Positions 27,711 to 32,000 of a DNA stretch of 32,000 bases are shown here, piece by piece. How positions within the stretch are numbered: position 1 is the stretch's first letter; every line of letters begins with the position of its first letter. A program made the translations under genes and the position numbers. The notes below the pieces were generated by a model. The model made no database searches and was not told the origin of the DNA. It saw nothing but the letters and a program-made list of their open reading frames with translations. This DNA is from Flavobacteriaceae bacterium (GTDB lineage: Bacteria; Bacteroidota; Bacteroidia; Flavobacteriales; Flavobacteriaceae): positions 5,100,001 to 5,132,000 of the forward strand of contig OZ245049.1 in the NCBI GenBank assembly GCA_965224465.1. Reading direction: 5' to 3'.

Positions 27711-27734
27711 TAGCTTTCGTTCTATTTTTTAACA

Positions 27735-28352
27735 TTAAGTTTTGTTAGTTGGCTTTTCCTCATATTCAGGACAGTCCAATCGAATATCAGAAGTTAACAA
27801 TTCTTTTTCCATTAGGTTACAATAATTTCTATTTTCAGATTTGTCATAAAATTTACAACCAAAACAAGTTCGTTGAACAGTCAAAATTCCATTATTATTT
27901 AATTGATAAATTAACGTACTCAATGTTTTAAAAAGATTTTCTAAATCTGATTTTTTAATGTTTTTTAATTGTTTTTCTATTGGATTTGCAAAATTTTCAG
28001 TTTCTGCAACTGTTTTTTTTCCTAAAGCAGATAATAAAATTGAATAACTCCGATTATCTGATGACGAATAATCTTTAATGATGTATTTCTTTTTGTCTAG
28101 CACTCGAATAGCGTCACTTACTGTTGGCTTGGTAATGTTAAACTCCTTTGCCAAATGACTAACATTACAAAGCTCTGATTTATGATAGGCAATGAAAATT
28201 AGTATTTGGATTTGAATTGGGCTTAAACCTATAACTTTTGCGTGTTCCCAAAGTAAAACTTTAAAAACTTCAGACACACGTTCCAGTCCAACAACAATTT
28301 TACTTGTGATGCTTTTCTGTTGAAAATCTATATTAAAAACACTTTTTTCCAT
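27735..28352 (-). CDS. MarR-family winged-helix regulator with a C-terminal Cys-rich extension
   Basis: wHTH region LSPIQIQILIFIAYHK...VSHLAKEFNITKPTVSDAIRVLDKKKYI. C-terminal tail CFGCKFY...YCNL...LDCPEYE with four Cys. Confidence 0.7.
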   Translation of the reverse strand: MEKSVFNIDFQQKSITSKIVVGLERVSEVFKVLLWEHAKVIGLSPIQIQILIFIAYHKSELCNVSHLAKEFNITKPTVSDAIRVLDKKKYIIKDYSSSDNRSYSILLSALGKKTVAETENFANPIEKQLKNIKKSDLENLFKTLSTLIYQLNNNGILTVQRTCFGCKFYDKSENRNYCNLMEKELLTSDIRLDCPEYEEKPTNKT

Positions 28353-28361
28353 AGATAAAAG

Positions 28362-28403
28362 ACCTGCTAAATATTTAATTCAGCAGGTAAAGTTAGTAAT
28401 CCT
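28362..28403. promoter_or_regulatory. Candidate operator region upstream of the MarR gene (palindrome plus AGGATTACTAACT box)
   Basis: acctgct-N13-agcaggt at 28362-28388. The box agttagtaatcct at 28391-28403 is the reverse complement of AGGATTACTAACT, one mismatch from the boxes at 29398 and 29710. Confidence 0.3.
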
Positions 28404-28625
28404 AATTATTCTATTCAAATAAATAACTACATTTTTTAAATAGCCTTTTGTTTCAATTTCTTTTATAACTATTTCTGAAGCATTTTCAATATGACAGAAT
28501 AACATTCTTTTGATGTTAATTCTACGCTAGTGAATGATTTACTTTTTTATATAATCCTTTCCGAAAATTGAATATTTAGGATTGATTAGTTATATTTCTG
28601 TTAACATGAATATTAAAGTTCACAA

Positions 28626-29357
28626 TTAATCTTTCCTTTTTACTGTATATGGAAGAGAAAGGTCGCCACTTGCTACACTATAAACTGTATAGACTCCTAA
28701 CATTGGTTTGTCTTTCATTTCTGTATTTACTTGCATATAAACTGTAACACCATCATATTTAAAATCAATTCGGTTATTCATACGATAATCAGGAACAACA
28801 ACAGTTATAGTAGTACCTTTTGTAGTAACTTGAAATCCTGGAGAATCCATATACATTGGCATTCCTGGATTCGTTGGAGGTAATATTACCGATTTATCGC
28901 CTTTTTTAAATTGTTTAACAGATAATCCTCCATTAACTCTTTTGTCTTCTGTTAAAATTACCCAATGTGGATGCCAAATGATTCCATCATTACCGTAATT
29001 CTTATCGTTGTTTTCATCCCAAAGTGGAGTGTCGTCAAAATCTGGATGAGATGTTAAAGCCAATGCCACAATTCCATCAGTTTGACTAAAGCCAACATCA
29101 GTTGGTTTTAACGATGTTGGAAAAACATAACCTAAAACTGGAGCGCCATTTAATTGACCAACTGGTTTTGGTGTTGTTTCTCCAGCGTTTCCAACAACTT
29201 CTATTTTCCAAATAGTGCTTGAAATTGATGCCTTATGGAAAACGGAAACTTTTGTGATTTTAAAATTATCGTTTTTGTAATTTTTACATTTATGACAAGC
29301 ATATTGTGTACTACTTATGAATAGAGTTGCTACTAATATTGATATTATATTTTTCAT
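28626..29357 (-). CDS. Hypothetical secreted protein
   Basis: Signal peptide MKNIISILVATLFISSTQYA. 243 aa, beta-rich, with HPDFDDTPLWDEN and WHPHWV strings. No family recognised. Confidence 0.6.
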   Translation of the reverse strand: MKNIISILVATLFISSTQYACHKCKNYKNDNFKITKVSVFHKASISSTIWKIEVVGNAGETTPKPVGQLNGAPVLGYVFPTSLKPTDVGFSQTDGIVALALTSHPDFDDTPLWDENNDKNYGNDGIIWHPHWVILTEDKRVNGGLSVKQFKKGDKSVILPPTNPGMPMYMDSPGFQVTTKGTTITVVVPDYRMNNRIDFKYDGVTVYMQVNTEMKDKPMLGVYTVYSVASGDLSLPYTVKRKD

Positions 29358-29397
29358 TTTTCTTGAATTTTTTATAATTAGGAATCTTATTGTAAGT

Positions 29398-29410
29398 AGG
29401 ATTCCTAACT
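29398..29410. promoter_or_regulatory. AGGATTCCTAACT box upstream of 28626-29357, part of an inverted repeat with 29378-29386
   Basis: An identical 13-mer recurs at 29710-29722. Here it pairs with ttaggaatc (29378-29386) across a 13-nt spacer. Confidence 0.3.
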
Positions 29411-29426
29411 ATTAATTATATTTTTT

Positions 29427-29660
29427 TTAACTTTTAAGATCTTCCATAGATGCTCCAAAATTAATGTGAAGTACATTTCCATTTGGAGTCACTAATGCTG
29501 GAACAGATTTTACTCCTGCTTTTTCCGCTTCATCTATTCGCGATTTGTCTTCTGAAAAATTAACAACTTCAACATCTGATGGATTGATAAGGTTTAATAT
29601 GTCTTGTTCTGCACTTATACATACAGAACATCCTGCGTGATAAAAAATTGATTTACTCAT
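29427..29660 (-). CDS. Small thioredoxin-fold protein (Thioredoxin_3 / glutaredoxin-like, CxxC)
   Basis: 77 aa with FYHAGCSVC redox motif and the GVKSVPALV cis-Pro loop typical of single-domain thioredoxin-like proteins. Confidence 0.7.
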   Translation of the reverse strand: MSKSIFYHAGCSVCISAEQDILNLINPSDVEVVNFSEDKSRIDEAEKAGVKSVPALVTPNGNVLHINFGASMEDLKS

Positions 29661-29681
29661 AATTATTTGTTTTAACTAATT

Positions 29682-29722
29682 CAGCAATATTGCTGTTGCA
29701 AATATAGTAAGGATTCCTAACT
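29682..29722. promoter_or_regulatory. Candidate operator region upstream of the thioredoxin-like gene
   Basis: Perfect 14-bp palindrome cagcaatattgctg (29682-29695) and the AGGATTCCTAACT box (29710-29722). The string taattcagca is shared with the MarR upstream region. Confidence 0.3.
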
Positions 29723-29805
29723 AATCAAAATTTTTCTTTGTTTTTTTTTTTTTTTGAGTATTTTTTGTTAATCTATATTGGTTTTGTGATGCTTGTGGGT
29801 AACAT

Positions 29806-30010
29806 CTATAATATCCACAATAAATATCCCTAAAGTTAAAGGTATATCCGTAATACATCGGTGTGTTTATCTATATTACTTTGTACAGCGTTCTTCAAAT
29901 ATACGAAACAAGCCTATTGCGCATACTTCCTTTTTATTGTTTTTCGTAAAAGTACAAATAGTTAAACGCTGTTTTTCAAAGACTCAATAATATCACATAA
30001 TCTTATAACC
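29806..30010 (+). repeat. Intergenic repeat family 2 ('module 1'), copy c (more diverged)
   Basis: ccctaaagttaaaggtatatccgtaata, ggtgtgtttatctat, ttgtacagcgttcttcaaatatac and caataatatcaca.aatcttataa are collinear with copies a and b. Confidence 0.6.
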
Positions 30011-30054
30011 GATTTTAAAACGCATGCCTAAATACTGCTATATAAAACAAATCA

Positions 30055-30161
30055 GTATCAAAAAACAGAACGATAGTTAAGTCTATCCACCCCTTTTTTC
30101 GCCTAGCTAAAATAAAAATTATGTCCATTTCTAAGCCGTCACTTCTAAATGTATTTAGTAT
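30055..30161 (-). repeat. MITE-like repeat, copy E (partial, reverse orientation)
   Basis: Its reverse complement reads atactaaatacatttagaagtgacggcttagaaatgg...ttagctaggcgaaaaa...ctatcgttctgttttt, which matches the left two-thirds of copies A-C. Confidence 0.6.
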
Positions 30162-30429
30162 TAGATTCGTACAAGGATATCAGTACGCTGCTTTATAGAG
30201 GGAATGTGAGGTTTTTAAAGCTGCTTTATCTAAAATAGTTGCAAGGCAGCTGTACAAACATCAAAGAATTTAAAATAAAAGCATAAAAAGTATTGAATGC
30301 ATTCATTGATTTATAGCGAGTATTGCACAAAAGAGTCCTTTAATAGGAATAGGATCCTTTATTTCACCCATCATCTTACATTTTTAACAAAAAAACACAC
30401 CTAATGCCACGATAATCAAAACAGTTTAT

Positions 30430-30437
30430 TATTTTTG
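30430..30437 (+). promoter_or_regulatory. Candidate -7 box TATTTTTG upstream of the transketolase subunit gene
   Basis: Matches TAnnTTTG, 19 nt upstream of the ATG at 30457. No clear -33 element. Confidence 0.3.
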
Positions 30438-30456
30438 CCAAAACAAATATTAAAAA

Positions 30457-31302
30457 ATGGCAACAACACAACAATTACAAGATTTTTCACAACAAGTTCG
30501 AAGAGATATTCTTAGAATGGTACACGCTGTACAATCAGGGCATCCAGGAGGGTCTTTAGGTTGTACTGAGTTTTTAACAGTTTTATTTCAAGAGGTAATG
30601 GATCACGATCCATCTTTTAATATGGATGCGAAAAACGAAGATGTATTTTTCTTGTCAAATGGTCATATTTCACCTGTTTTATACAGTGTGTTAGCACGTA
30701 GTGGATATTTCCCAGTAAGTGAATTGGCAACGTTTAGATTGTTAAACACCCGTTTACAAGGACACCCAACTACGCATGAAGGATTGCCTGGTGTGCGTAT
30801 TGCATCGGGATCTTTAGGACAGGGAATGAGTGTTGCTATTGGAGTAGCAGAGGCTAAAAAATTGGATGGAGATACTAAGACTGTGTATACATTGCACGGT
30901 GATGGTGAATTACAAGAAGGTCAAGTTTGGGAATCAGCAATGTATGCTGCAGGAAAAAACGTAGACAATTTAATTTGTACTATAGATTATAATAAAAAGC
31001 AAATTGATGGCCCTACAGATCTCGTAATGCCTATGGGTGATTTAAGAGCGAAATTTGAAGCTTTTGGTTGGATTGTTTTGGATGTTGATAAAGGAAACGA
31101 TATTGAGGCTATTAAAAAAGGATTGTCAGAAGCTAAATCTAAAACAGGAAACGGAAAACCTGTATGTATTTTATTACACTCAGAAATGGGGAATGGGGTA
31201 GATTTTATGATGGGAACACATGCTTGGCATGGAAAACCACCAAGTGATGATCAGTTGGCATCTGCTTTAGCTCAGAATCCTGAGACATTGGGAGACTATT
31301 AA
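30457..31302 (+). CDS. Transketolase, N-terminal (thiamine-diphosphate-binding) subunit of the split form
   Basis: GHPGGSLG, LSNGH, GSLGQG and HGDGELQEGQVWE motifs. 281 aa, as in split transketolases. Confidence 0.9.
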   Translation: MATTQQLQDFSQQVRRDILRMVHAVQSGHPGGSLGCTEFLTVLFQEVMDHDPSFNMDAKNEDVFFLSNGHISPVLYSVLARSGYFPVSELATFRLLNTRLQGHPTTHEGLPGVRIASGSLGQGMSVAIGVAEAKKLDGDTKTVYTLHGDGELQEGQVWESAMYAAGKNVDNLICTIDYNKKQIDGPTDLVMPMGDLRAKFEAFGWIVLDVDKGNDIEAIKKGLSEAKSKTGNGKPVCILLHSEMGNGVDFMMGTHAWHGKPPSDDQLASALAQNPETLGDY

Positions 31303-31326
31303 GAAATTAGAAAATAAACATATACG

Positions 31327-31357
31327 AAGCTCTCTGTCATTGATAGAGAGCTTTTTT
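31327..31357 (+). terminator. Rho-independent terminator after the transketolase subunit gene
   Basis: Stem aagctctct / agagagctt with a 9-nt loop, followed by a T-run. Confidence 0.75.
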
Positions 31358-31441
31358 AACGTATTTTTTTAAAGAAATACGCTGTATTTTGTAAGTAAAC
31401 CATTATTTTTACGAACAAAGAAAGATTAAATTTTAAAATAT

Positions 31442-32000
31442 ATGAAAATAGGTATTGTGTGTTATCCAACATTTGGAGGGAGTGGGGTAGTGGCAACAGA
31501 ATTAGGAATGGCTTTGGCAGAAAAAGGGCATCAGGTTCATTTTATCACTTATAAACAACCTGTACGTTTAGATTTTATTAGCGATAATATTCATTTTCAT
31601 GAAGTTTTTGTGGAGGAATATCCCCTGTTTCAGTTTCAGCCATACGAATTGGCTTTATCTAGTAAAATGGTGGAAGTTGTAGAAATGCATCACTTAGAAA
31701 TACTGCATGTACATTATGCAATTCCTCATGCATATGCGGCTTATATGGCCAAACAAATGCTCGCAGAAAAAGGGATTTCTGTAAAGGTAGTTACCACGCT
31801 ACACGGTACAGATATTACGTTGGTTGGAAGTCATCCTACCTATAAAACGGCGGTAGAATTTAGCATTAACAATTCGGATGTTGTAACCACGGTTTCTGAT
31901 AGTTTAAAAAGAGATACACTGCGCTTGTTTGATATTAAAAAAGAAATTAAAGTTATTTATAATTTTATAGACTTTGAAAAATACCCTAAAATTACAGATG
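31442..32000 (+). CDS. bshA: N-acetyl-alpha-D-glucosaminyl L-malate synthase BshA (GT4 glycosyltransferase), partial (runs off the window end)
   Basis: Hand translation gives MKIGIVCYPTFGGSGVVATELGMALAEKGHQVHFITY...HVHYAIPHAYAAYMAKQML...TTLHGTDITLVG, collinear with B. subtilis BshA as I recall it. Not in the track because there is no stop in the window. Confidence 0.8.
   Translation, partial: MKIGIVCYPTFGGSGVVATELGMALAEKGHQVHFITYKQPVRLDFISDNIHFHEVFVEEYPLFQFQPYELALSSKMVEVVEMHHLEILHVHYAIPHAYAAYMAKQMLAEKGISVKVVTTLHGTDITLVGSHPTYKTAVEFSINNSDVVTTVSDSLKRDTLRLFDIKKEIKVIYNFIDFEKYPKITD

Noticed and set aside
27749-27931. 60-aa plus-strand ORF
   Set aside because: Antisense within the MarR-family gene.
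29793-29990. 65-aa plus-strand ORF
   Set aside because: It lies inside repeat family 2 copy c, and the frame is not preserved in copies a and b.
10138-30171. Integron hypothesis (tyrosine recombinase next to an array of same-strand cassettes separated by repeats)
   Set aside because: The recombinase looks like an ordinary ~300-aa XerD, with no sign of the extra IntI-specific segment. The repeats are 160-415 bp with MITE-like ends rather than short attC-type imperfect palindromes. The array is interrupted by IS elements and a plus-strand operon. The cassette-like layout is kept only as a weak observation in the findings.
3094-30171. CRISPR array among the dispersed repeats
   Set aside because: The repeats are longer than 150 bp, irregularly spaced by kilobases and in both orientations. 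No short (24-48 bp) regularly interspaced direct repeats or cas genes were seen.

Overview
AT-rich segment whose gene content and synteny fit a Flavobacteriia/Bacteroidota chromosome: split transketolase, bshA, zapA-rny, xerD, M23 and S9 peptidases, and TAnnTTTG-type -7 boxes. Positions 1-11.1 kb and 30.2-32 kb carry housekeeping genes. Between xerD (ends 11055) and the transketolase N-terminal subunit (starts 30457) lies a ~19-kb accessory mosaic. It holds a complete IS21 (istAB), an IS66 element with an 8-bp target duplication and an in-frame TGA in its transposase, an IS4-family element and a solo IS21 end. It also holds at least five copies of a ~160-bp MITE-like repeat (one more lies at 3.1 kb), four copies of a second ~250-bp intergenic repeat, and a 794-bp direct duplication containing a 5'-truncated vanW-like pseudogene. 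Small minus-strand gene sets fill the rest: VanW + SAM methyltransferase, DUF1349, and MarR + secreted protein + thioredoxin-like protein. The standout is a tightly packed four-ORF plus-strand operon at 19370-24041. It encodes a PAAR-like spike-tip protein and an 823-aa protein with VasX-N-like motifs and a C-terminal bundle of hydrophobic helices. A ~300-aa unknown ORF overlaps that protein by 64 nt in the -1 frame and is probably one frameshifted gene with it. The last ORF is a 2-TM protein carrying a G11 tract. I read this as an orphan contractile-injection (T6SS-type) effector/immunity cassette delivered into an IS-rich hotspot. No T6SS structural genes are visible in the window. Other points are a 6S-like structured RNA between zapA and rny, a 1-nt frameshift clipping the conserved C-terminus of RNase Y, an ABC-F protein with one fully degenerate ATP site, and shared operator-like boxes in front of the MarR gene set. 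All domain calls come from hand-read motifs and memory of the families. No searches were run.
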